A stretch of DNA of 14,049 bases from Thermovirgaceae bacterium (GCA_046542505.1 JBKHBH010000053.1:1-14049), one strand, 5' to 3'; numbered from the stretch's first letter, positions 1 to 7,808 are shown. Translations and numbers: made by a program. The notes: generated by a model not told the origin, from the sequence alone.

Positions 1-360
1 CGCTTCCGCCGCCGCTTCCTTGTAAAACTTCTCGGATTCCAGCTCTAGTTTCATTCCGATGTTCAAAGCCGTCATGTCGAAGTCGGAAACCTTCTCCTTG
101 AACTCTCTCGTAAAAATCGGACTTTCTGCGTCTTCGAAGGAAGCAGGGGCCGGAAGTTCCGGCATGGTCAATTCTTTTCCAGCTTTGTAATCCTTTGCCA
201 ATTGAACGAGATTGTCGATATGACTTTGTTCTTCATCAGCGAGCATTTTGAACACTTTTTTCGCCTTCGAATCTTCCGTTTTCTCACTGGCAGTCTTGTA
301 AAGTTCTCTGCCCTCTATCTCCGCCTTAACGGCCAGTTCCAATACGTTTATCAGATCCAT
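1..360 (-). CDS. Ferritin-like / rubrerythrin-family di-iron four-helix protein (3' end truncated by window edge)
   Basis: Manual translation of the reverse strand from ATG at 360 stays open to base 1: MDLINVLELAVKAEIEGRELYKTASEKTEDSKAKKVFKMLADEEQSHIDNLVQLAKDYKAGKELTMPELPAPASFEDAESPIFTREFKEKVSDFDMTALNIGMKLELESEKFYKEAAAEA. It shows the A-x-x-x-E...Y / EExxH pattern, with a second repeat starting (LELESEKFY). SD-like GGAGGGA lies upstream. Confidence 0.88.
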   Translation of the reverse strand, partial: MDLINVLELAVKAEIEGRELYKTASEKTEDSKAKKVFKMLADEEQSHIDNLVQLAKDYKAGKELTMPELPAPASFEDAESPIFTREFKEKVSDFDMTALNIGMKLELESEKFYKEAAAEA

Positions 361-403
361 AAACCATCCCTCCGAGTGTGTAAATAATTTTCGTTGCACA
401 AAA

Positions 404-433
404 AGTATAGAATCAATCCAGCAACATGGTCAA
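404..433 (-). promoter_or_regulatory. Putative sigma70-type promoter for the ferritin-like gene (TTGACC-N18-TATACT)
   Basis: Minus strand: -35 TTGACC (433-428), 18-bp spacer, -10 TATACT (409-404). Each hexamer matches consensus 5/6, about 45 bp upstream of the ATG. Confidence 0.55.
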
Positions 434-436
434 ATG

Positions 437-502
437 GACATATGTCGCAACTATGCCAGTACGGCAGCCTGACGAGGTAAACTGGTAATAAAGACAGCTG
501 TC
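437..502. promoter_or_regulatory. Pair of GACA-N2-TGTC palindromes, candidate operators in the divergent intergenic region
   Basis: GACATATGTC at 437-446 and GACAGCTGTC at 493-502 are both perfect 10-bp palindromes with identical arms. Confidence 0.35.
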
Positions 503-648
503 ACGTGGAATGTACGAGAAGCTTTGAAGGCTGTACAATTCACGGATGCCGTTCAGAAATCAGTTTGCGGTAACCCCGCGTACCGGCTTGAAGATTCGTG
601 TTAATTTGTAACGCTTTTCGGGTTTTGTAAAGTGAGGTGAGGTTCAAC

Positions 649-1413
649 ATGAAGGGTTTCGGCGGGAAGAAAATCGGTCGCGCACTTGGCGGCGGCGGCG
701 CCCTTGGAGCAGCGCATATAGGTGTCCTTAAGGCACTGGACGAATCGGGTATTAGTGCCGGATGTATTTCGGGGACCAGTGCGGGGGCCTTTGTAGCCTC
801 GTTGCACGCTTTCGGGAAAGAATGGAAAGAGTTGGCGAAAATAGCGAAACAGATAAAGTGGATGGAAATTTCGAAATTATCCTTGTCCCAGTATGGGTTA
901 CTTTCAAACAAGAAATTGGGCGACCTTATCACGGAAAACATCCGGGATGCAAAAATAGAAGATGCCCAAATACCCCTGGCGGTTATCGCCACAGATATTG
1001 CCACAGGAGAAAAAGTCGTGCTCTACGAGGGGAACGTGGCAAAAGCAGTAATGGCAAGCACGTGCATACCTGGGATTTACGTGCCCGTTGAGATGGCCGG
1101 CTCGCTTCTCGTCGATGGAGGTATCGTAGAAAACGTCCCGGTCTCGCCCCTTCACAAGCTTGGTGCGGAGGTTATCATTGGAGTAAATCTGAATGCGGGG
1201 CACAGAAAGAACAAGCCAAAAAACATTGTTGAGGTTTTGCTCCGTTCTTTCGACTTTACACTGAAGGCTGCGACCCGCCTGCAGGCGGAATGGGCTGATT
1301 TTATCATCGCGCCTGATTTGACGGAATATAGCATGTATGACATGAACAAAACGGAGGACCTTATAGAGGAGGGGTACCGGGCCGCAAGGCAGTCCCTGGA
1401 TGAGCATCTCTGA
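649..1413 (+). CDS. Patatin-like phospholipase (RssA/NTE-related family)
   Basis: Gly-rich oxyanion loop ALGGGGALG, AHIGVLKAL, nucleophile elbow GTSAG, ASTCIPG and catalytic DGG. ATG 649 is preferred over GTG 637 because GAGGTGAGG (634-642) is a well-placed SD. Confidence 0.93.
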   Translation: MKGFGGKKIGRALGGGGALGAAHIGVLKALDESGISAGCISGTSAGAFVASLHAFGKEWKELAKIAKQIKWMEISKLSLSQYGLLSNKKLGDLITENIRDAKIEDAQIPLAVIATDIATGEKVVLYEGNVAKAVMASTCIPGIYVPVEMAGSLLVDGGIVENVPVSPLHKLGAEVIIGVNLNAGHRKNKPKNIVEVLLRSFDFTLKAATRLQAEWADFIIAPDLTEYSMYDMNKTEDLIEEGYRAARQSLDEHL

Positions 1414-1474
1414 AAACGGGCACGGGGAAGCAAAAGGTGACAAGAGAAAGCTGCGCACGGAATAGCTCGGCATA

Positions 1475-1503
1475 TTCCCAATAAATGTGCGATCTTTCAT
1501 AAT
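1475..1503 (+). promoter_or_regulatory. Possible sigma70-type promoter for mscS (TTCCCA-N17-CATAAT)
   Basis: -35 TTCCCA 1475-1480, 17-bp spacer, -10 CATAAT 1498-1503, upstream of SD AAGGAGG (1538-1544). Confidence 0.35.
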
Positions 1504-1554
1504 TTACCTGACTCAATAAGTGGATTGAATAAACCTGAAGGAGGCTGTTTTTTT

Positions 1555-2367
1555 ATGGAACAGGTGATTCCAACGTTGCAGGAATGGACGATTCTTTATG
1601 GTGTTCGTATTTTAGCGGCTCTTGCGATTTTTATCATTGGTCGGATGGTGGCCGGAACTGTCAAGAAAGTGCTCATACGGACCATGGGAAGAAGCAAGAT
1701 GGACCAGACGCTGATTTCCTTCGTGGCCAGTTTAACCTACGTCGCCCTGATGGCTTTCATCATTATTGCGGCTCTCGGGAAACTTGGAATCCAGACGGCG
1801 TCTTTCGTGGCGATTATTGGTGCAGCCGGCCTTGCCGTCGGTCTGGCGCTTCAGGGTTCTCTTGCCAATTTCGCAGCGGGTGTGCTGATGATCATCTTCA
1901 AGCCCTTCAAAGTGGGAGATTACATTGAAGGTGGAAGCATGGCGGGAACTGTGGAGGAGATCAGCATCTTTACGACTCATCTGAAATCTCCGGACAACAG
2001 GGTGATTATAGTTCCGAATGCGAAAATCACCAGCGACAGCATCGTCAACTATTCCGCAAAGGAGATCAGGCGTGTCGATTTGAACGTTGGTGTCAGCTAC
2101 AACGATGACATCGACAAGGTTAAAAGCGTGCTGTGGGATATCATCCATTCCGATGAGAGAGTCCTCAAGGACCCGGCCCCGACGATCGCCCTGTTTGAGC
2201 TTGCAGACAGCAGCGTGAATTTTGTCGTCAGGCCTTGGATGAAAAGCGGGGATTACTGGAGTTTTTACTTCGAGATCTATGAAAAGATCAAAAAACGTTT
2301 TGATACAGAGGGCATCAGTATTCCCTTTCCCCAGCAGGATGTACATCTTTATCACGGCAATCAGTAA
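1555..2367 (+). CDS. mscS: Small-conductance mechanosensitive channel MscS
   Basis: Three TM helices, pore helix GAAGLAVGLALQGSLANFAAG, PFKVGDYI, IIVPNAKI...IVNYS, RRVDLNVGVSY, LADSSVNF and C-terminal GISIPFPQQDVH. ATG 1555 follows SD AAGGAGG. Confidence 0.95.
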   Translation: MEQVIPTLQEWTILYGVRILAALAIFIIGRMVAGTVKKVLIRTMGRSKMDQTLISFVASLTYVALMAFIIIAALGKLGIQTASFVAIIGAAGLAVGLALQGSLANFAAGVLMIIFKPFKVGDYIEGGSMAGTVEEISIFTTHLKSPDNRVIIVPNAKITSDSIVNYSAKEIRRVDLNVGVSYNDDIDKVKSVLWDIIHSDERVLKDPAPTIALFELADSSVNFVVRPWMKSGDYWSFYFEIYEKIKKRFDTEGISIPFPQQDVHLYHGNQ

Positions 2368-2380
2368 AACGATAGGCTTT

Positions 2381-2414
2381 GGGTGGTCGCCTGCAATACT
2401 GGCGGCCGCCTTTT
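2381..2414 (+). terminator. GC-rich hairpin plus short U-tract (terminator/attenuator-like) between mscS and the ATPase
   Basis: GGTGGTCGCC (2382-2391) pairs with GGCGGCCGCC (2401-2410), 10 bp including two G-U pairs that form only on the + strand transcript. 9-nt loop, followed by TTTT. Confidence 0.5.
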
Positions 2415-2449
2415 CAAACCAGAAAGATTGCCCGTAAAGGAGAATTTCC

Positions 2450-5218
2450 ATGGCAGAAAGAGCCTGCTATCAAATGACCACCGATGAGGTTCTGCAGAGC
2501 CTTGGAACTTCACGGGAAGGGCTTCCGAGAGATGAGGCGAAGCGTCGTCTGGAGGAGTACGGGCCGAACGAAATAACATCCGATGTTTCAACTCCGAAGT
2601 GGATGATATTCCTCTCCCAGTTCAGGGATCTGCTCGTTTTGGTTCTGGTTTTTGCAGGGATTATCTCATTTGCCATCGGGAGCATACGCGACGGCACGGT
2701 CATGTTTGTGATCGTGCTGATCAATGCCACCATCGGGTTTGTGCAGGAATACAAGGCCGAAAGAATTCTGGAGCGCCTGAAGGAAATGATCACTTCACCT
2801 GCGAGAGTGAGGGTTGACGGCGAACTTTCCGAGATTTCCCAGAGCCGGCTTGTTCCTGGCGATATCATTCAGATTGAAGCCGGAGACAAGATACCGGCGG
2901 ACTTAAGAATTCTGGAATCGTTCAACATGAGAACCAACGAATTTTCCCTCACGGGGGAATCGACCTCGCAAGAGAAAAACAGCAAGGTCATCAGGGAAGA
3001 ATGCGTACTCGCGGACCGGGAGAATATGGCCTATACGGGAACGACCGTCGCAACCGGGAATGGAGTCGGTGTTGTAGTCGGCACGGGGATGAATACAGAG
3101 ATGGGCAAGATAGCCGACATGACACAGGAAACCAGTGCCGTAAAATCTCCCCTGCAACAGGAACTGGCGGCTTTGGCCAAATGGCTCACGGCGATAGTGG
3201 TGATCATAAGCTCTGGACTTTTCGGCGTCGCACTCTGGCAGGGATTCGGCTTTTTCACAAGCATGGTCTATGCCCTGGGAATCGCCGTTGCCACCGTACC
3301 TCAGGCCTTGCCCGCACAGGTGACAGTGGCCCTTTCAGTTACCAGCAAGCGGCTTGCCGAGCGAAAGGCCGTAGTAAAAAACCTACCCTCTGTAGAAACT
3401 CTTGGCTCGACAACGGTGATTTGCACAGACAAGACAGGAACCCTAACAAAAAATGAGATGACCGTCAAGACACTCTGGTTTGACGGAAAAACGTGCAAGG
3501 TGACAGGGATCGGATATGAACCGGAAGGAGAGATTCAGGACGAAGATGGTAACACGCTTTCCCGGGAATGGATAGACGAAGCGGAAATCATGCTGGATGC
3601 CGCGACAATGGCATCAAACGCTGAAATTCATCCTCCCGATGACGAACACCATGGCTGGTATCCCATTGGTGATCCCACCGAGGCCGCGCTCATAACGCTT
3701 TCGATGAAACTAGGAACCCGGAGCCCGAAGGAAGACGAAGAAAACCCCGAATTGCACGAGTTTCCCTTCGACTCGGAGCGAAAGAGAATGAGCTCCGTGA
3801 GGCAATTCGGTGACCGGAGACAGCTGGCAATGAAGGGAGCCACTGACAGTGTGTTGTCTGTGGCGAAATTTATTTTGAAAAACGGCGAACCTGCACCCCT
3901 TACCGAAGAAGACAAGGAAAAGATAAAAGAAATAAACGAAACATGGTCGAAGCAGGCGTTGCGGGTTCTGGCCATAGCTTTTCGGCCTCTCGAGGAAAAC
4001 GGGGAAGATTACAAACTGGAAGAAACCGAGAGAGACGTAGTGTTTCTGGGCCTCGTGGGCATGATGGACCCCCCCAAGGAAGGTGTCCGAGAGGCCGTAG
4101 AAAGCTGCAAGAAGGCGAAGATTCGGATTGTGGTGATGACAGGGGACCATGCAGTGACAGCCCAGGCGGTGGGGCGGGAAATCGGGCTTTCCGACGAGGG
4201 AGAACCACCGGTGTATACAGGCAGGGAAATGGAAGACATGGATGACGGAAAACTAACGGAAGTCCTCATGTCCTCCAATGCGGTGATCTTTTCTCGGGTT
4301 TCCCCCGAGGACAAGCTCCGGATCGTAAAACTTTTGGAAGCCCGAAATGAGGTCGTTGCTGTTACAGGCGACGGAGTCAATGATGCACCCGCCTTGAAAC
4401 GTGCAGCCATAGGTGTAGCCATGGGGCGGACGGGGACCGATGTCGCCAAGGAAGCATCGGAGCTCGTGCTTTTGGACGACAGCTTCCCAACATTGGTGGA
4501 GGCGATAAGAGAGGGCCGGACGATTTACAAAAATCTCGGGAAAACCGTTTTGGCCTCAATGACGACGAACATGGCCGAACTCGTCATCGTTTTGTTGGGC
4601 CTTGTCGGAGTCGCCGTCGGGAACTGGGCGATACCGATCCTTGCGATACAGATTCTGGCAATCGACCTGCTGGCGGAAGTTCTGCCGCTTACATTCTTGA
4701 CCTACGATCCGCCCACTGAAGACATTATGAATATGCCGCCGCGGGACCAAAAGGAACACATCATGAGCCTCGCAAGTTCTTCAGAAATCCTTTCACTCGG
4801 AGCGCTCATAGGTGCTCTGGCCTTCATGAATTTTTACCTGTTCATGGTACGGGAGGGAATCATTCTTACGGCGGACATGATGAGCTCACCGATATTTTCG
4901 AGAGCGACGGCGGTCAGTTACCTTACGATCGCCTTCTGCCAGTTTGTCAATGTGCTTTCGAGGCGATATCCCTATACCAGCCTTTTCAACAGGAACTTCT
5001 TTTCGAACAAGATCCTTCTGGCTTCCATCGCCTGGTCCGTTGCAGCAGTTGTTATTGGAGTGAATGCACCGATCATCAGCGATTTTCTGGCCTTTAAAGG
5101 CCCGAACCTTTTGGACTGGGGGTTCATACTAGGGGCGGCTGGTGTGTTCCTGGCCGTTTTCGAAGGGATAAAAGCCTGGAAACGGTCGAAGCGAGACAGG
5201 GTGGCTCAGAAGGCGTGA
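2450..5218 (+). CDS. P2-type cation-transporting P-type ATPase (Ca2+/Na+,K+-ATPase-like) with atypical ion-binding residues
   Basis: YGPNE N-terminus, A-domain TGES, phosphorylation site ICTDKTGTLT (D327), FDSERKRMS, KGA, DPP, MTGD, GDGVNDAPALK and a 10-TM-type layout. SD AAGGAG lies upstream. TM4 reads PQALP rather than PEGLP. Confidence 0.93.
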   Translation: MAERACYQMTTDEVLQSLGTSREGLPRDEAKRRLEEYGPNEITSDVSTPKWMIFLSQFRDLLVLVLVFAGIISFAIGSIRDGTVMFVIVLINATIGFVQEYKAERILERLKEMITSPARVRVDGELSEISQSRLVPGDIIQIEAGDKIPADLRILESFNMRTNEFSLTGESTSQEKNSKVIREECVLADRENMAYTGTTVATGNGVGVVVGTGMNTEMGKIADMTQETSAVKSPLQQELAALAKWLTAIVVIISSGLFGVALWQGFGFFTSMVYALGIAVATVPQALPAQVTVALSVTSKRLAERKAVVKNLPSVETLGSTTVICTDKTGTLTKNEMTVKTLWFDGKTCKVTGIGYEPEGEIQDEDGNTLSREWIDEAEIMLDAATMASNAEIHPPDDEHHGWYPIGDPTEAALITLSMKLGTRSPKEDEENPELHEFPFDSERKRMSSVRQFGDRRQLAMKGATDSVLSVAKFILKNGEPAPLTEEDKEKIKEINETWSKQALRVLAIAFRPLEENGEDYKLEETERDVVFLGLVGMMDPPKEGVREAVESCKKAKIRIVVMTGDHAVTAQAVGREIGLSDEGEPPVYTGREMEDMDDGKLTEVLMSSNAVIFSRVSPEDKLRIVKLLEARNEVVAVTGDGVNDAPALKRAAIGVAMGRTGTDVAKEASELVLLDDSFPTLVEAIREGRTIYKNLGKTVLASMTTNMAELVIVLLGLVGVAVGNWAIPILAIQILAIDLLAEVLPLTFLTYDPPTEDIMNMPPRDQKEHIMSLASSSEILSLGALIGALAFMNFYLFMVREGIILTADMMSSPIFSRATAVSYLTIAFCQFVNVLSRRYPYTSLFNRNFFSNKILLASIAWSVAAVVIGVNAPIISDFLAFKGPNLLDWGFILGAAGVFLAVFEGIKAWKRSKRDRVAQKA

Positions 5219-5744
5219 AAAAAGATACCTGGTTGCAAAATACTTGAGATTCATTTAAGTCTAATTTCTGGTTTTTGCCCATGTGCATGTTGGCTTCAGC
5301 CATGGTGATATGTCTTTTGTTGCTTTACGTGGATGCAAAGACGGGTTTTTTGCTTCCGACAGAGCCGGAATCCTCAACACAATGAGATCGACGCTGGCTG
5401 TTCTCATCGGTGCTCTTGTGACGGCTTTGAGCATTGCCTTTTCGAGCACAGTGGTCGTCCTTGATGGAACCGATTTCGAAGGATATGCTGATACTGCCTT
5501 CAACCAGATAAGGCAGTATGGAGGGAAAGATCCTTCCATTTTGATCCACCTGTTGGAATCTTTCGAGAAAATATATGGACATACCTGTAAAAGATCTCAC
5601 TGAAAGACCGCTCGGCAGCATGCCTGCATGATTCAAAGGGCGGGGAAACGACTGAAAGAACATCAGGACCGTGCTGATGTTTTAAAGAGATTCGAGATGC
5701 TTGCGCAGCTTTATCGTGAAGCCGAGTCGACGAAAAGCGATTGA
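5215..5744 (+). pseudogene. Degraded DUF2254-like predicted membrane protein (two premature stops, frameshift, apparent large internal deletion)
   Basis: From GTG 5215 (overlapping the ATPase TGA): MKKDTWLQNT*DSFKSNFWFLPMCMLASAMVICLLLLYVDAK. After a frame change near 5345-5380: MRSTLAVLIGALVTALSIAFSSTVVVL directly joined to DFEGYADTAFNQIRQYGGKDPSILIHLLE...RSH*KTARQHACMIQRAGKRLKEHQDRADVLKRF...* (5742-5744). The WFLP, R-S-x-L...FS-x-T and F-x-QIRQYG segments resemble the N- and C-terminal blocks of DUF2254 proteins as I recall them. Confidence 0.72.
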
Positions 5745-7453
5745 AGGCCTCCCCGGACAAGATCAACATACCCTCTGTCGGTCAGTTTCAGGTCAGGAAT
5801 AACTGAAAGGCAGAGAAAGCTCATGGCCATGAAAGGATGCTCGAGAGTGGTGCCTAAACCGGATGCCGCTTTCTCTACATGGTCAAGCCCGGAAATTACC
5901 TCATCTGCCTGACCAGGGTTCATGAGTCCGCCTACTGGAAGTGGAAGTGATGCCAGTACTTTTTCATTCCGGCAGGCCGCGAGACCGCCGCCTGTTTCGA
6001 TAAGAAATGAAAGGGCAGTCCTGATGGATGTGGTATCCATACCGGCAACGATGAAGTTGTGAGCATCATGTGCGAAAGAGGAGCCCAATGCCCCCTGGCG
6101 AAGGCCCAGGCCTTTCACAAACCCGATCGCCAGCCTCCCTGTTCCCTGGTTTTTCTCGAGAACGCAGAGCATTGCAAGGTCCCGTGACGGGTCTGCGCAA
6201 AGGCAGCCGTCTCTGACAGATGGTTTCATGGCTAGGTGGTCTGTTACGACTTGTCCAGGTTTCAGACCGATAACACGAATATCTTGTCCTGCTTTGGCCT
6301 GGATTCTGAAAGATCCTTCAGGAGGAAGGCTGATTCTCTTCCTGCGAAAAGATAAGGTTCCGAAATCTGTCCTGGGGATGGGGCCTTTCGTGAGGCGTCC
6401 GTCAATCACAACGGGCCGGCCGCTTTTCCAGACATGCCGCACTCGACAGCTTTCCAGGTTATCAACGGAAACGATATCGGCCACGTATCCAGGGGCAAGA
6501 GCACCCCTGTTTCTGTAGCCGAAGTATGCAGCAGGAGTAAGGGTCGTCATGCGGAGTGCCGTAAGTGGTGAAATACCTGATCGTGCCGCAAGGCGGATTT
6601 TCTCGTCCATATGCCCCCGTTTTTTGAGATAGGCGGCGGTCAGGTCATCGCTTACGAACATGCACCGACTGGATCTGGTTTCGTTTTCCAGGATCAGTGG
6701 TGCCAGGGTCTCGAGATTGTGTTCCGTGGCACCCTCCCGTATCATCAGCCACATGCCCCTTTTGAGCTTTTCACGCCCTTCCTCGAGGGTCACGGTTTCG
6801 TGATCGGAGTCGCATCCACTTGAAACATAGGCGCAGAGGGCTTTCCCTACAAGACCAGGTGCATGGCCCGATTTTATGTACGTGCGAGAGGCGAAAATCT
6901 TCTGCCATACCTGCGGATCGCCTTCTATGACGGCAGGGTAGTTCATGACTTCTCCGAGTGACTTGCACCACCCGCGGTCGAACATTTCCACGATAGCCGA
7001 GGCGTCGAGTGGTTCGTAAGGGGTTTCAAAAGAGGAAGCGGGGACGCAGGATGGAGCGGTGAAAAACATGTCTAGCGGGCATTCCAGGCTTTCGCGCCAC
7101 ATGAAATCTACCCCGGCAAGGCCGCAGGTATTTGCAATTTCGTGCGGGTCCGCGGCTATGGCGGTGGTCCCATGGAGGGCGGCGAGTTCCGAAAAAGGGG
7201 CGGGTGTCAAAAGGGTACTTTCAATGTGGCAATGAGCGTCAAAGAAGCCTGGTACCAAAAGAGTTCCGGAAAGATCCTCTTCATGCTTCCCCCTATAGCC
7301 TGTTCCTATTCCCGCGATTTTACCGTCCTGAATGGCCACGTCGGCCTTTTCGTACTCGAGAGAGAAAACGTTCGCCAGTTTCGCGCCTTTCAGGACCAGG
7401 TCAGCCGGCGCCTTACCCTGGGCCACATCCAGAAAATGTTTGACAGCCAACAT
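5711..7453 (-). CDS. ade: Adenine deaminase (amidohydrolase superfamily, Ade/AdeC type)
   Basis: PGFFDAHCHIES metal motif, ADPHEIAN, APSCVPA, LGEVMNYP, GHAP, SDHE, IREG, SDD and C-terminal AHDAHN, LPLPVGGLM, LSVIPDLKLTDRG. 580 aa is typical of the family. Confidence 0.95.
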   Translation of the reverse strand: MLAVKHFLDVAQGKAPADLVLKGAKLANVFSLEYEKADVAIQDGKIAGIGTGYRGKHEEDLSGTLLVPGFFDAHCHIESTLLTPAPFSELAALHGTTAIAADPHEIANTCGLAGVDFMWRESLECPLDMFFTAPSCVPASSFETPYEPLDASAIVEMFDRGWCKSLGEVMNYPAVIEGDPQVWQKIFASRTYIKSGHAPGLVGKALCAYVSSGCDSDHETVTLEEGREKLKRGMWLMIREGATEHNLETLAPLILENETRSSRCMFVSDDLTAAYLKKRGHMDEKIRLAARSGISPLTALRMTTLTPAAYFGYRNRGALAPGYVADIVSVDNLESCRVRHVWKSGRPVVIDGRLTKGPIPRTDFGTLSFRRKRISLPPEGSFRIQAKAGQDIRVIGLKPGQVVTDHLAMKPSVRDGCLCADPSRDLAMLCVLEKNQGTGRLAIGFVKGLGLRQGALGSSFAHDAHNFIVAGMDTTSIRTALSFLIETGGGLAACRNEKVLASLPLPVGGLMNPGQADEVISGLDHVEKAASGLGTTLEHPFMAMSFLCLSVIPDLKLTDRGYVDLVRGGLQSLFVDSASR

Positions 7454-7493
7454 CGATTCACCCTTTCCGGCAGGTGTGCATCATCTTTCAAGC

Positions 7494-7808
7494 TTATCCC
7501 GAAAAATATGAAAGGCACCACAGCACCACCATGCCGCTGATAATGGTCAGTGTAATGCTTCTGGTCTTCAGTGCGATAAAAAAGGCGATTATACCGGCGG
7601 TGATCCTTGGAAAAGACAGTGATGGTTCCGCCGCCTTTTCGAAGATGATCGATGGCGCCGCGAGCGCCGCCAAAACGGCCGGCGGGATATAACGAAACGT
7701 TCGTTCAACAAAAGACGGGAGTTTCCCGTGAGGTATGAAGCACAGAAAAAGCCCCTTAACAAGCAGGAAAGTCAGGGCGACGGCTCCAAAGAGTATATAG
7801 AATCTCAT
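7494..7808 (-). CDS. azlD: AzlD-family small subunit of a LIV-E branched-chain amino acid exporter
   Basis: 104-aa hydrophobic protein with LPSFVERTFRYIPPAVLAAL and TRSITLTIISGM motifs. ATGA overlap with the azlC stop (7805-7808). Confidence 0.85.
   Translation of the reverse strand: MRFYILFGAVALTFLLVKGLFLCFIPHGKLPSFVERTFRYIPPAVLAALAAPSIIFEKAAEPSLSFPRITAGIIAFFIALKTRSITLTIISGMVVLWCLSYFSG

Noticed and set aside
202..387. 61-aa plus-strand ORF
   Set aside because: Antisense to the ferritin-like gene, with no SD or motif.
377..400. Imperfect inverted repeat TGTGTAA-N10-TTGCACA, possibly Rex/CRP-like
   Set aside because: Spacing does not fit Rex (TTGTGAA-N4-TTCACAA) or CRP (TGTGA-N6-TCACA). It is too weak to call alone.
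454..487. Hairpin containing CTGACGA, resembling a hammerhead ribozyme core
   Set aside because: No stem II followed by GAAA and no properly placed stem III/UH site. Only a weak 7-bp stem is present.
649..1413. Patatin as a CBASS/anti-phage effector (CapV-like)
   Set aside because: No CD-NTase or other defence genes are nearby. The sequence matches the housekeeping RssA/NTE-like type (AHIGVLKAL).
1548..1554. T7 run between mscS SD and ATG as a phase-variation tract
   Set aside because: Seven T's is short and common in AT-rich spacers, and there is no evidence of length variation.
5245..5603. In-frame TGA codons in the DUF2254-like remnant as Trp/Sec/Gly recoding
   Set aside because: Intact genes here (patatin, ATPase, azlC, serpin, TSUP, tex) end in TGA and use TGG for Trp. 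The remnant also has a frameshift and a deletion, so decay is the simpler explanation.
5283..5603. 106-aa ORF as a standalone gene
   Set aside because: It is a chimera of an out-of-frame N-terminus and two internal pieces of the pseudogene, with no SD.
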